From: Deltaproteobacteria bacterium | GTDB lineage: Bacteria > Myxococcota_A > Polyangia > Fen-1088 | Length of the DNA: 64,000 nt | Assembly: GCA_033763315.1 (NCBI GenBank) | Contig: JANRKS010000028.1 | Location: 32,001-96,000 of the forward strand | Reading direction: 5' to 3' | In this document: piece after piece, positions 20,882-31,400 of the stretch | How the letters are laid out: each line of letters begins with the position of its first letter | Numbering within the stretch: position 1 is the stretch's first letter | The notes under the pieces: generated by a model | The model's input: only the letters and a program-made list of their open reading frames with translations | Database searches by the model: none | What the model was told of the DNA's origin: nothing | Translations under genes and position numbers: made by a program

Positions 20882-21802
20882 ATGACGCACGCCCTGGCGC
20901 CTTACCCTGATCCCGAAAGCCGCGACACAACGACGCGCGGGTTGGCCGACGCGTTGGGCGGCGAGGCCATAACGTATGGCCAAAGCGTCGAGGGACGGCC
21001 TTTGTTGGCCGTGCGCGTGCCGGCACGGGTGGCTGGAGCACCTCGCGTGCTTGTGACCGGCAACATCCATGGTGTGGAGTGGATCTCGTCGCAAGTTGCT
21101 TTAGGCGTGCTGCGCGTGCTGGGCACGCCTGCCGGCGCCCCCTTGCGGGCAAATGCGGAGGTGTGGGTGATTCCGTGCCTGAACCCCGATGGCTACGCGC
21201 GTACGTTTTTGAGCGGTGGCCACGGTTCACTCGCGGGCCTCCGCACCAACGCCAATGGAGTGGATCTCAATCGGAATTTTCCGCTGCCGGCCGGGCACGT
21301 TCGAAAGCGGTTGCCCGGGGCCGGCTCAAGCACACCCGGCAAAGCCACGTACGTGGGGACGGGGCCGCTGAGCGAACCTGAGAGCGAGGCGTTGGATCGG
21401 CTGCTGCACGACCAACAATTTCACGCTGGCATCAATGGCCACAGTTTCATGGGCAAGGTGATCCCCGCCCGCGCGCTGCGCGCAAAGGAAGCATCCGTTT
21501 ACAAAGGCCTGGCGCGCGCGTTGGCGAAGGCGCAAGGCGCGTTTCGTTATGGGCGTCTGGCAAGCAACTGGATTGATACGTTCACCGGCGAGCTTGAAGA
21601 TCACCAACATCACCACCACCGCATGTGGGCGGCGTGCTTAGAAACATTCACGTTCGGCGCAAGCGTGCGGCAACACTTGCGTGCGCCAAGTTTGTTTTGG
21701 CGTTTTAACCCGCACGATGTGCAGCGCTGGTGTAACAATGACGTGCCGGCTGTGGCGGCGTTTTTGTTGGCCGCGCTCAAGCAACCGCGGCCCGCGGGGT
21801 GA
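20882..21802 (+). CDS. M14 family zinc carboxypeptidase-like protein
   Basis: NIHGVE (HxxE), [25 protein letters not shown] motifs. Confidence 0.88.
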   Translation: MTHALAPYPDPESRDTTTRGLADALGGEAITYGQSVEGRPLLAVRVPARVAGAPRVLVTGNIHGVEWISSQVALGVLRVLGTPAGAPLRANAEVWVIPCLNPDGYARTFLSGGHGSLAGLRTNANGVDLNRNFPLPAGHVRKRLPGAGSSTPGKATYVGTGPLSEPESEALDRLLHDQQFHAGINGHSFMGKVIPARALRAKEASVYKGLARALAKAQGAFRYGRLASNWIDTFTGELEDHQHHHHRMWAACLETFTFGASVRQHLRAPSLFWRFNPHDVQRWCNNDVPAVAAFLLAALKQPRPAG

Positions 21803-21873
21803 ATTCACCTCCCCCGTTAGGAGCGAAGGGGCCAAAGGGAGAGGGGACACCCGGAGGCGTTAGGTTCCGGTGG

Positions 21874-22368
21874 CTATGGCGTGGCGGGCGCGTTGGCTCG
21901 GGGCGGCTGTGGCAGCCAGCGGTTACGTGAACGGGGAACACGCGGCGGCAAGGGGTAAAGTGAGCGGCACTCGTGCACCGTGTGGTAGCCATAGGCCGCC
22001 GATGCGGCGGTGACGGCAGCCAACACCAAGGCGCCAACGCCGAGCGTGATGGCGGCGTTGGCGCCGGTGTGATCAGGCGCGGGATCCCAACTCGGTTGCA
22101 CCGCATTCGTGTCACTCGAACGCGCGAGGAAACCAATTCCCGTTAAAAGGAGGCCGAATCCGCCAACGCCCGCGGCGCCCACGGTATCGAGCACGGGCGC
22201 GGCCATGCGCCTCGTGCATGGCGCGGTGGCTTGAGGAACGAGCGGTGGGGGTTCCTCATGGCGCACCGGCGGGGGGACAACCGCCAAGAAGCTGCAACCG
22301 GGTTGCCAAACAAGCAAACCAGACAACACAGCGGTCAAGACACCTCGAGTGTTAGCGGGCTTGTACAT
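21874..22368 (-). CDS. Hypothetical membrane protein / lipoprotein
   Basis: 164 aa; hydrophobic N-terminus ending PGC, two further hydrophobic segments; third gene of an overlapping minus-strand operon. Confidence 0.6.
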   Translation of the reverse strand: MYKPANTRGVLTAVLSGLLVWQPGCSFLAVVPPPVRHEEPPPLVPQATAPCTRRMAAPVLDTVGAAGVGGFGLLLTGIGFLARSSDTNAVQPSWDPAPDHTGANAAITLGVGALVLAAVTAASAAYGYHTVHECRSLYPLPPRVPRSRNRWLPQPPRANAPATP

Positions 22369-22747
22369 CGCACCTCGATGGAACGTACCTGAGCGACACG
22401 GCGATCGCGTCGGCGCTGAACCTCAGATTGTTTTCATTCGGTTGCTGGAGAGTCTCCGCTCTATAGGGAGACAGGTAACAAGTTTGCAGCTCTTCGTTCC
22501 CCTCGAAGCCGTCGATGAGTTGCAGCAGTCGCAGGCACAGGGGACGACAAACGCAATCGATCTCGTCCTGTTTACAGCCTGCGGAAGCACCGTCGCGCTT
22601 ACAGTCCGCGATCAGGCGCTGCAAATCCTCGTCTGGGGCATTCACGTAGACAGTCTGTTGGATGGGCGGGCAAGGCTCATCACACGCGGCTGAGCCAGTG
22701 AACAGCCACGCCAAAAACACGACCCGGGGCAAACGCAATTGCAGCAT
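22352..22747 (-). CDS. Small Cys-rich lipoprotein similar to the N-terminal domain of the adjacent ferritin-like protein
   Basis: Lipobox SAAC; CPP...DE.L..L...C.R...CRPLC pattern; TGATG overlap with upstream gene. Confidence 0.7.
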   Translation of the reverse strand: MLQLRLPRVVFLAWLFTGSAACDEPCPPIQQTVYVNAPDEDLQRLIADCKRDGASAGCKQDEIDCVCRPLCLRLLQLIDGFEGNEELQTCYLSPYRAETLQQPNENNLRFSADAIAVSLRYVPSRCDVQAR

Positions 22748-23688
22748 CACGCGAGATCCTCTGCCAGGTGCTGCAAGATCAACCGGGTGTTTTCACGGCA
22801 CGGGAATCCCAACTGCGTACGCACGTACTCTGGGAGGGACCGCGCGTGCGCCAACCGTCGTAGCTCTCGGGCGCCCGCCTGGGCCACGCCCGCGCGTTGC
22901 CGCGGCGACAACTGCGGCAAAGCCCATGAACGTATCGCACGCGCCAAGGTGGCGTGGCGAAGCTCGTCTGGTGCAATGCTTGACATGGCCGCACGTACGC
23001 GCGTGTCGCCGGCAACCGCGCCCTGGTGTGCGGCCACCAAAGCGCCGAAGCTTTCACGCACGCAGCCTTCCACTTCATTGGCGCGAGCGAGTTGCGCGAG
23101 ACTGGGTAGACGAGGCTCAGCGGGGCAGCGAGGCACACCTGGCTCAATGCCATGCGATCGAACGATGGCACGCAGAGCGCGCGCATGACGGATCTCGTCG
23201 CGAGCCGCGGCGCGCGCCGCCTCCACAAGCTCAAGTGGCGCCTCGTGATGGCGCAGCTGGCGGGCCAACCGCCGGAAAGCGGGCACTGAGGCAGCTTCGA
23301 GTTGCGACATCCGCGCCAGCCACTGAGCCACTGGGGGCCCCGCTTTGCCATCGGCAAAACGCAGCCGAGACGGGCGACGACCTCCAGTACAACTCGGCTC
23401 GCTACCGACGTGCACGCGCAGGTATCCGTCTTTATCGCTATGCAATTCGCAATGCACAATTGCGTAAGCATTGCTCACGAACTCACACAGAGGCCGGCAA
23501 TCAGGATTCACGGGGCGCCGGCACGCCTGCACAAGCGGCGCGATCGATTCGTCTGTCTCGCGGATCAAATACAAGCGGTCATCAGGCGGGCAGTCACACC
23601 CGCCTAACCCGATCAAGGGCACACCGGACGCGATGAGGCTGCGGAGGATGTTGTTAAACCAGCGGCGCGACGAAATCTCTTCGAGCAT
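22747..23688 (-). CDS. Exported ferritin-like domain protein with Cys-rich N-terminal domain
   Basis: GRRP linker, LEAASVPAF, DEIRHA, NEVEGCVRES, DELRHA (paired ExxH diiron-type motifs); GAGGTG RBS before ATG 23688. Confidence 0.82.
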   Translation of the reverse strand: MLEEISSRRWFNNILRSLIASGVPLIGLGGCDCPPDDRLYLIRETDESIAPLVQACRRPVNPDCRPLCEFVSNAYAIVHCELHSDKDGYLRVHVGSEPSCTGGRRPSRLRFADGKAGPPVAQWLARMSQLEAASVPAFRRLARQLRHHEAPLELVEAARAAARDEIRHARALRAIVRSHGIEPGVPRCPAEPRLPSLAQLARANEVEGCVRESFGALVAAHQGAVAGDTRVRAAMSSIAPDELRHATLARAIRSWALPQLSPRQRAGVAQAGARELRRLAHARSLPEYVRTQLGFPCRENTRLILQHLAEDLA

Positions 23689-23928
23689 AGGCACCTCGTG
23701 CCTTTGACTCTGCAGCAAAGGCTGGGCCAATTGCAAAGGCGGGCGTTCTGACGAACGGCAGCCGTTTTCGGAGCCCGAGACGGTGACATTGGTGTCGCGG
23801 TTACGTCGGCCGCGCGTGATTGACGAGATCAAGGGCCAGCATTTCTCACGCACGGGCGAACTCCTTCGCATCCACAGCGACGCCCCTGCGTTCTCAGATG
23901 CAATCGCACAGGCAACAGGCCGCCCCTT

Positions 23929-25155
23929 TCATTCTGGGGGCACCCCGGCGTTAGCGGCCAAGCCCTGATCACAGTGCCGATTCACGGCGTTCGCAATTTC
24001 CTGCTGGAGATGGTGGTTCAGCAGAGGGTGCAGGGGCAAGTACACAGTGTTGGGTAACCAGGCCGCGGCTTCGATTGGTTTTGCACCAGGGTGTTGAGCG
24101 GGAGAAGGCGCCACCACCAGGCGCGACGCACGCGACGTGGCGTCGTATCCCGCTGCGCGCAACGTCTCCACCAGTTGCAAAGGGGCGTGACAACGGATGG
24201 GATAGACCCAGCGTGTTGGAAAATTTGCGGCAGCACCAACCAGACAATCCATACGAAGCGTCCGGCGATATTCATCGGCAAGCTTTTGCTTCCATCCCAA
24301 CTTCGTCCCTCCTTTTGAAGTCAAGCGTTGTCGTAGAAACTTTGTGAGGGCGTCTGATGGCCGGCATCGCATCCGAGCAAAGAGGTTCTCGCCGGCAAAC
24401 CCCTGAGAGGAAAGGTTCAACAGTTTTTCCAAATCGGTGCCAACAAGCCGGCACGCAACACCTGTGGCAGAAAAAGCAAAGCCGCTTCCCAACAGTTTCA
24501 AAATCGCGAGGTCGGTGAGCGCTCGGGCATACGCGGCGCGTGACTGCTGCGGGAAAGTGGACTCAACCTCCTGTGTGGCCAACGCCAAATCCGGATCACG
24601 AAAAAGCACCAAGGCCCCGCCGGCCGCGGTGCGGGTCTTAATCTTGCCGAAGCTAAAGAACGATACGTCCGCCGCAGGATCGGCAACGGGCACATCGGCG
24701 TTATAGCTTTGTGCAACGTCTTCCCACAGCGGCAGGCTGTTCTGCCGACAAACAGCACCAATAGCCTCTAGCCTGGCCTTAGAACCGAAAAGATGCGTCA
24801 CCATCACCGCACGGGTTCGAGGCGTAATTTGCCGAGCCACTTGCTCAGCCGTGGGTGCAAGAGTATTGCAGGGAACATCTAGCGGAACGGCGACCAGGCC
24901 GTGCTCCTTGATGATCCGCAACATGTCGGCAATCGTAATTGCGGACATGAGAATTTCGCTTCCGGGTGCCCAGTCCATGGCAGTGAGGAGCGCATCAAAA
25001 GCTGTTCGAACAGACAGACTGAGGAAACCACAGCGGCCCGCAGCGATGACGGGGTCGGACCAAACACGGGATCTTCCGGACCTTGGATCGAGGCAACCAA
25101 ACCCCGCCCGCAGCACATTTGCCCATTCGATGTCGACGATGCCACGGGGAATCAC
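23929..25155 (-). CDS. DegT/DnrJ/EryC1/StrS family PLP-dependent aminotransferase-like protein
   Basis: VTHLFG, WEDVAQS, FFSFGKIKTRTAAGG (PLP-Lys loop), VYLP; start trimmed to GTG 25155. Confidence 0.82.
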   Translation of the reverse strand: MIPRGIVDIEWANVLRAGFGCLDPRSGRSRVWSDPVIAAGRCGFLSLSVRTAFDALLTAMDWAPGSEILMSAITIADMLRIIKEHGLVAVPLDVPCNTLAPTAEQVARQITPRTRAVMVTHLFGSKARLEAIGAVCRQNSLPLWEDVAQSYNADVPVADPAADVSFFSFGKIKTRTAAGGALVLFRDPDLALATQEVESTFPQQSRAAYARALTDLAILKLLGSGFAFSATGVACRLVGTDLEKLLNLSSQGFAGENLFARMRCRPSDALTKFLRQRLTSKGGTKLGWKQKLADEYRRTLRMDCLVGAAANFPTRWVYPIRCHAPLQLVETLRAAGYDATSRASRLVVAPSPAQHPGAKPIEAAAWLPNTVYLPLHPLLNHHLQQEIANAVNRHCDQGLAANAGVPPE

Positions 25156-25250
25156 GGAGGAACCTGGCCCCACACTAACACTGCGTGGACCAAACGCATC
25201 CCCAAGAACGCTGGCGGTAAAAGCGCTGGTTTTCTGCGATACTCCTCCCC

Positions 25251-26708
25251 ATGGCATCGCGAAAGTCTGAACCACAGGATTCGTTCGACTCGCCAGTGGC
25301 GTTTGCCCCTTGCTCCAATGGCGAGTATTGCCCGCCTTCTCTCACCGCAGCGGACGCACGCGCAGAACGGCTGTGGCGTGAGTTGGTTGAGGACAAGCAC
25401 AAACGCGTGGGGATGTCGCGGAGGCAGTTTGCGCAGAGTGCATGTGGAACGGCGACGGCTTTATTCGTGATCAACCAGGTTTACGGATGTGGCGGCAACG
25501 ATTCATCGCGGGTAGGGACGGACGATGCTGGGTACCGCATTGATGCCGGCGCGATGGAAGATGCGGCCCAAGCATGCGAGGCGCTCGGGGGCGATGAGTT
25601 CGTGTTGGATGTGCAAACGCACTCCGCGGCACCGCGGCCTCCGTGGATGGAGCCAGACGTATGCCGGCCAACGAATGAATCACAGTCGTGCATTGGGCCG
25701 CTGCGGTTCATCAAGGAGGTGTTCGTGGCCAGCGACACCGACGTTGCGGTGCTCTCGGGTGTGCCTTCGGTGCGCGAGCAAGATCCACTGCGCATCGAGG
25801 CGCGCGACGAGATCCGCCGGATCGTGGATCGAATGGGTGGCCCGCGCCTATTGTTACACGCGAATGTGAGACCAAATGAAGGACAAGTGGCGCTTGATTT
25901 CATGGAAATCGACGCGAAGCAATTCCCGATTAAGGCCTGGAAAGTGTATCCGAGCGATGGAAACTGGCGCCTGGACGAAGACGTCTACGGAGCCCCGTTT
26001 CTTAGCAAGGCGCGCGCTTTGGGTGTGAAGGTGGTGGCCGCTCACCGTGGAATCGCGGATGATCAAAACCGCTACACCGATTTTTCGTCGCCGCGTGACT
26101 TGGCCGGTGCGGCCAAACAGTTTCCCGACATCGCCTTCCTTTGCTACCACTCGGGATGGGACGGCAAAGTGGCTGAAGACCATCCGTTTGATCCAAGCGA
26201 AGCAAACCCGCGCGGCATCGATCGTTTGATCAAAGCCGTGTTGGATCACGGAAGCGTATCGAACGTGTACGCGGAGCTGGGGTCAACGTGGCGCAATCTG
26301 ATGACGCGCCCCGAGGAAGCGGCCCACGCGTTAGGAAAACTGCTCAAGTACTTGGGGCCCGACAAGATCCTCTGGGGCACAGATGCGTTGTTCACCGGCA
26401 GCCCACAGGAGCAGATCGTGGCGTTTCGTGCGTTTCAGATCCCCGAGGCGATGCGCGAAAAACATGGCTATCCGGCGCTGTGCGCCGAGACCAAACGCAA
26501 GATCTTGGGGTTGAACGCGGCAAAGGTGTACGGCATCGACCCCGCAGAGAAGCGCGATGCCATCACGGACGATGAGGTTGCGCAGTGGAAGTTGGCGATG
26601 GCGGATGATCCGGCTAGCGTTCCGTTGCCCGCGCAGAAGTCGTACGGACCGAAGACGCGTCGGGAGTTCTTCGCAATGATGCGCCACCAAGGCGGACGGC
26701 ACGTGTGA
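25251..26708 (+). CDS. Amidohydrolase_2 family metal-dependent hydrolase with internal twin-arginine motif
   Basis: DVQTH, WKVYP, AHRG, CYHSG, YAELG, LWGTD, KILGLNAA; MSRRQF + hydrophobic stretch + YGC at about aa 55-80. Confidence 0.85.
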   Translation: MASRKSEPQDSFDSPVAFAPCSNGEYCPPSLTAADARAERLWRELVEDKHKRVGMSRRQFAQSACGTATALFVINQVYGCGGNDSSRVGTDDAGYRIDAGAMEDAAQACEALGGDEFVLDVQTHSAAPRPPWMEPDVCRPTNESQSCIGPLRFIKEVFVASDTDVAVLSGVPSVREQDPLRIEARDEIRRIVDRMGGPRLLLHANVRPNEGQVALDFMEIDAKQFPIKAWKVYPSDGNWRLDEDVYGAPFLSKARALGVKVVAAHRGIADDQNRYTDFSSPRDLAGAAKQFPDIAFLCYHSGWDGKVAEDHPFDPSEANPRGIDRLIKAVLDHGSVSNVYAELGSTWRNLMTRPEEAAHALGKLLKYLGPDKILWGTDALFTGSPQEQIVAFRAFQIPEAMREKHGYPALCAETKRKILGLNAAKVYGIDPAEKRDAITDDEVAQWKLAMADDPASVPLPAQKSYGPKTRREFFAMMRHQGGRHV

Positions 26709-26823
26709 GCCTCGCGACTCGTTCCTGCGCTGAAGCCGATGTTCCAGCGAAGGAACAGGACCGCCATGTTTAAAGGCGTATTGAGGCGCAGGGCCTCGCA
26801 CGGGATGTGCATTGGGCTGACCC

Positions 26824-28386
26824 GTGAAGAACCAAGGCACGGCGACAGACGAATGGCCGAAATCGGCGGCGGGCCCGCGCGAGCGCTTTGCGCAAGTGAC
26901 AAACATGGTGGCGGTTGGCACCGTGACCCCTGCATCGGCGAGATTTTGGGCACGGGTTGAAAAGCAAGGGCGTGTGCGGCTGCTTTTGAACGATGGCAAG
27001 AGCAGCGTGTGCAGCCAATTGTTCGATCCAGCCTACACCCCGGAATCGACGTGGGCTGTGACGTATCCCGATGATCTTGTTGACGCCCTGCCCTTGCGGC
27101 CGAACACGTCGTACACGTTCGAGTTGCAGGATGAAGTCGGTTGTCTTGTTGGCGCCGGTAAGTTCAAGACACCCTCGGAATGTCTGGAAGCCGTGCCTGC
27201 TCGTTGGTCGCTGGCGTTCTTGAGTTGCCATCAACCTTTCGGCCCCGACGGCCAAGTGACACCGGAAGCTCACAACATGTTGGCCGCCGTTCGAAAAGCC
27301 TTCGCGCTTTGCGAGCCCGAGCTGGTTCTGTTCTTGGGCGATCAGGTTTATTCCGACGCGCCGAAATCCATGTCGTTGTTCGAGGATCGCGAAGGCGAGC
27401 GCAACGTTTTGCACGAAGCTCCAAACGAAGTGCGGAGGCGCTTTGATTTGCGATACCGCCAAGCGTGGCATGAGCCCGCGTGGCAAGCGCTGCACGCCTG
27501 CGCCGCCACAGCGTGCATTCCCGATGATCACGACATCATCGACAACTGGGGATCCGATGTGGAGCACAATCAACCTTCCTGGCAGAAGGTGCGCGACGCC
27601 GCGTTGGAGGCTGCCTTTTCGTGGCAAGGGCAGCGTTCCTCAGCCCTTCGCCCCCCGCCGGGCAACTTTCAACAAGAGTTCCGGTGGCACAACGCGGGCG
27701 TGGTGCTGTTGGATGTGCGCACACAACGGCGCGTTGGCTACGCTCCGGAAGACAGCCAGATCGTGGATCCCGTTGCGATCGACCGCTTGGAACGATTCTT
27801 ACGCCGCAACGCCAGCTTGCCCGTGATCTTCGTGGCCGTCTCGGTTCCGATGATTCACATCCCGCAGTGGCTATCGGACGTGGGCCACGCCTTGCCTGTG
27901 GGAGGCATGGATTTGGCCGATCGATGGTCGAACCCAGCGTGGGCAGACACGCGTGATCGGCTGCTCACCATGCTGAACGAGCACCGCCGTGCACATCCGC
28001 AGCAGCAGGTGGTGTTGCTATCAGGCGACATTCACGCGGGTTGGGCCGTAAAGTTATGCGATCCTCACGACGACGTGCGGGGCAGGCCGATTGTGCAATT
28101 TGTTTCAAGCGCCATCACCAACGGCGAAGGTTCTATTGTGGGCGCCGTGAGCAATGCCATGCTGCGCGCCGCACAGGCTGTGTCGGGGCCAGTGGCGGGG
28201 CTTCATGTGCAAAACGTCCAAGGTCTAGCAGAAGCCACCGGCAACCCTTTTGGCGGACTGAATGTGGGCGTGGTGGACGTCATGACTTGCGCCGGGCAAA
28301 CACAAATTCGGCTGCGGCTCTTTAGCCACGGCGAAGGACTTCATGCCGCCGAAGCGGTGTGCGTGTTCGACAGTGGCCCGTTATAG
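26824..28386 (+). CDS. PhoD-like (alkaline phosphatase D family) metallophosphatase
   Basis: FLSC, LGDQVYSD, PDDHDIIDNWG, LLDVR, DRW, LSGDIH motifs. Confidence 0.87.
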   Translation: MKNQGTATDEWPKSAAGPRERFAQVTNMVAVGTVTPASARFWARVEKQGRVRLLLNDGKSSVCSQLFDPAYTPESTWAVTYPDDLVDALPLRPNTSYTFELQDEVGCLVGAGKFKTPSECLEAVPARWSLAFLSCHQPFGPDGQVTPEAHNMLAAVRKAFALCEPELVLFLGDQVYSDAPKSMSLFEDREGERNVLHEAPNEVRRRFDLRYRQAWHEPAWQALHACAATACIPDDHDIIDNWGSDVEHNQPSWQKVRDAALEAAFSWQGQRSSALRPPPGNFQQEFRWHNAGVVLLDVRTQRRVGYAPEDSQIVDPVAIDRLERFLRRNASLPVIFVAVSVPMIHIPQWLSDVGHALPVGGMDLADRWSNPAWADTRDRLLTMLNEHRRAHPQQQVVLLSGDIHAGWAVKLCDPHDDVRGRPIVQFVSSAITNGEGSIVGAVSNAMLRAAQAVSGPVAGLHVQNVQGLAEATGNPFGGLNVGVVDVMTCAGQTQIRLRLFSHGEGLHAAEAVCVFDSGPL

Positions 28387-28439
28387 GAGAAGTGCCGAAG
28401 GGCTTCGGGATTTCGAGCTTAAGGTCGCCAACAAGCCCC

Positions 28440-31400
28440 CTATGCTCCGTCCTCCACCTTTGGCACAACCTTCGCCTTGCGCATCGGCTTCCACAAGCCT
28501 TGTGACAAGAAGGCAGCCCACACCCAGCGGCTCCAGCGCAACAACGCAAGCGCAAGCCACAACGCCCAGGCCATCATGGCGATGCGGTAGACGAACAGCG
28601 GCACCGAGATCACGAGAGGCTGCGGCAACGTTGCCAAAGCTTGGTCGCTATACCAACGCAACAGCGTTTCATCTGAGCCGTTGCCCATGACCTGCATATC
28701 AGGCGATTCGAGCAAACCGGCACGAATGGCAGCGAACACCAAGACGGCGGCGATGCCTGTCCATAACACAAACGTAAGCTGCGTGAAGTTATAGGCCCAC
28801 GCCCGCGCTGGTCTGCGAATGCGCAAGCGCCAACCAAGCAACAAGAAGAACCCGCTCACGAATGCCACCGCGGGAAGTCCCACTTGGACAAGACCTAAGC
28901 CTAAAAGGGCCCAGTCCAACATTGATAAGGGAGACAACTTCGTGCGCGCCAATACATAGCCTAGCGCCACGAGCACCAGCAGGTAGCTCCAGAAGAAGAC
29001 CGCGGGGCCAAGCAATGGACCGGCCGTCCACAACACCCACCGTCCGGCGGAGCGCAACTGCACAACCGTGGATGCATTCGTGCTCTTCACTCCAAGGTTC
29101 ACCGCGGCGGGTTTGAAAGCGAACGCATGGCCTGCGGGATAACGCCAATCCATAACGAGGCTGTTTGCGCCAGGCACCAACGTTAACGTCACTTGCGTGG
29201 CATGCTGCGTGCTGGAGCTGCGTACGGGTGTTGAGGTGCCATTGATGGATAAGGCACTGAGCACGGCGCCTGCAGGCAACGTGATCACGTGCTCGCGGCC
29301 ACGGCTTGTGCGGCTTTGCCATTGCAAATTCACTTGCGTGCTGCGCGGCCCTGGTGAGTAGGTGGCGCTGCTGTTGTCGATCGTTAACGTTTGCCCTTCA
29401 ACGCCGCTTGGCCGTGTGATCGCAAGGGATACAGATTCATTCGGCCACGGACGCCACAACCACATACGCTGCGCATCCGTGTTGCCTTCACCGCGAAGCG
29501 TGGGGATGCCCTGCACATCAACGTGCCACATCGGCGCCGCCGCCACCTGCCACTCTTCAACAAAAACGCGATCCGCCGAAGGTGCTTTTAACGTCAGTGC
29601 CAATTGTTGCGATAATGTCGCGTCCCACGTTGCCGAGGCCGTGCCTGGGCTCAAGTTTAGTGCCACAGCACGCCCATTGGTTGCCAAGACCACACCCGCA
29701 CTTGTGACCGATTCACCTGGCAACAGGGGGATGTCGGCCAAAACGGGCGCGATGCTTTCGCCGAGACGTTCAACCGTCGTGTGAGTGGTCCACCGCAACC
29801 CTAGCGTGATTTCACGGCGTACCAGCAGCAACGGCACCACGCCATCGGCGCCTGCTGCATCTTTGCCTTTGCTTTCGGCGGCCGCAACAACGCGGGTGAA
29901 TTGCAGCGTTTCACTGGCTTGTCCATCCGTTCGCAGCCCCTCAAGCTGCACGCCTTGCAGTCGCGCGCGGGTGAACTTTGGTATCACAGGCAAGGTCAGC
30001 GACAGCGATTCTTTGGCGGGGAAGGCGCCCTGCATTTCAATGACGTTGGCCCCCTCGTTGACGACCGCCCACAACACACCTTTATCATCACGCGACAAAG
30101 CCACGGCCGCTTGGTTGTTCACGCGCACCTGCGATGGCAGCCAGCCATCGGGTTGACCGGGCAACGCCACAGCGGCACGGGCCAGGGCTGACACCGTAAA
30201 GCGCAGCTTCAACAACTGTGCTGAGGCATCCACCTGCAACTCATCCACTGTGGCGCAGTGAGGGCTGCAAGTTGGTGGGCGCACCAGGCGTTGTTTGAGG
30301 GTTTCTAGAACGTCCGCTGGCGGCGCCACCGGCGCGGGCTCGTCTGCAAGAGCCCGAGAGGGCACAAGTGCAAGCAAGATGAAGGGCATTGCGATCGCGA
30401 CCGAGGCCAGACTTAACCGGTGGCGCTTGAACATAAGGAAGGCAAGCGCCGCCAGGAGCACAACACGCAAGATCGCGAGGAAACTTGTGAGCCACGGAGG
30501 CAGTAGCCAAAGCGAAAGGCTTTGATCCGCCTGAACGGGACCGTTATAGGAGAAGCTGATGGTGTCCCACTGCCATGATGGAATGCCGGGCCCCGTTTGG
30601 ACGACGACGGACTTGTCCCAGACGGCGAGGTTTTGCGTCGTCTGCGCATTTCTCTTTGAGAATGAATCCCTCTTTCGGCCATAGAGGCCATGGAGGGAGT
30701 TCGCCGCAGGTGCGCCTGCCCCGACGCTTTCCACAACGCGACCCTCAACCGATTCTTCGATTTCCTCAGGCTCGGCCGCCGGCGCGTCGGCCTGCATTTT
30801 TGCATACTGTTGCACCGCCGCCGGCGCCGGCGCGGCCCCAGGCATGGGGATTGACCAACCACCACTTCGAGTGGCTGCGGGATGCAAAGCCAAACGCAGG
30901 TCTTGAGCGGCAAACGGCACGAAGATAAACAGCCAAACCGCCCAACTGCCGAGGCGCAAAACGCGAGGCACCCACGCCAGTTTTCCCGGCGGAACCAAGC
31001 GCAGCAATGCCTCGGCTATGACAACAGCCAGCCACACCCAGGCGGGGGCATCGCCTTCATTGAGGCTCAGCAGCAAAGCCGCAAATGCCACGGCGCCCAC
31101 GCGGTAGCCATAAAGGCGTTGCACGCTCACGGCCACGATCAACAACAAGAACAGATCCAGTAGCGACCACGCCTGTACCCAGCTGCCGTTGACGTGATCG
31201 GCCCCTGCGCCAAACAATAACTTCCATCCCGGCCCCAGGTGCACTTGCCCGGAGAGCGAATCGAAATCCTGGTGCCACGCCACGGCGGGAATGGTCATGC
31301 CTGTGCGAGGAACGCGGCTGTCGGCTTCAATGCGCGCGTTCTGCACGCGGATCTCTGCGCCCCACAGGCCGCCACTTTGTTTGTTATCACCGAGCGTTGT

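Noticed and set aside
20772-21230. N-terminal extension of transaldolase in the ORF track
   Set aside because: It overlaps the opposite-strand M14 peptidase; transaldolase similarity begins at ATG 20771.
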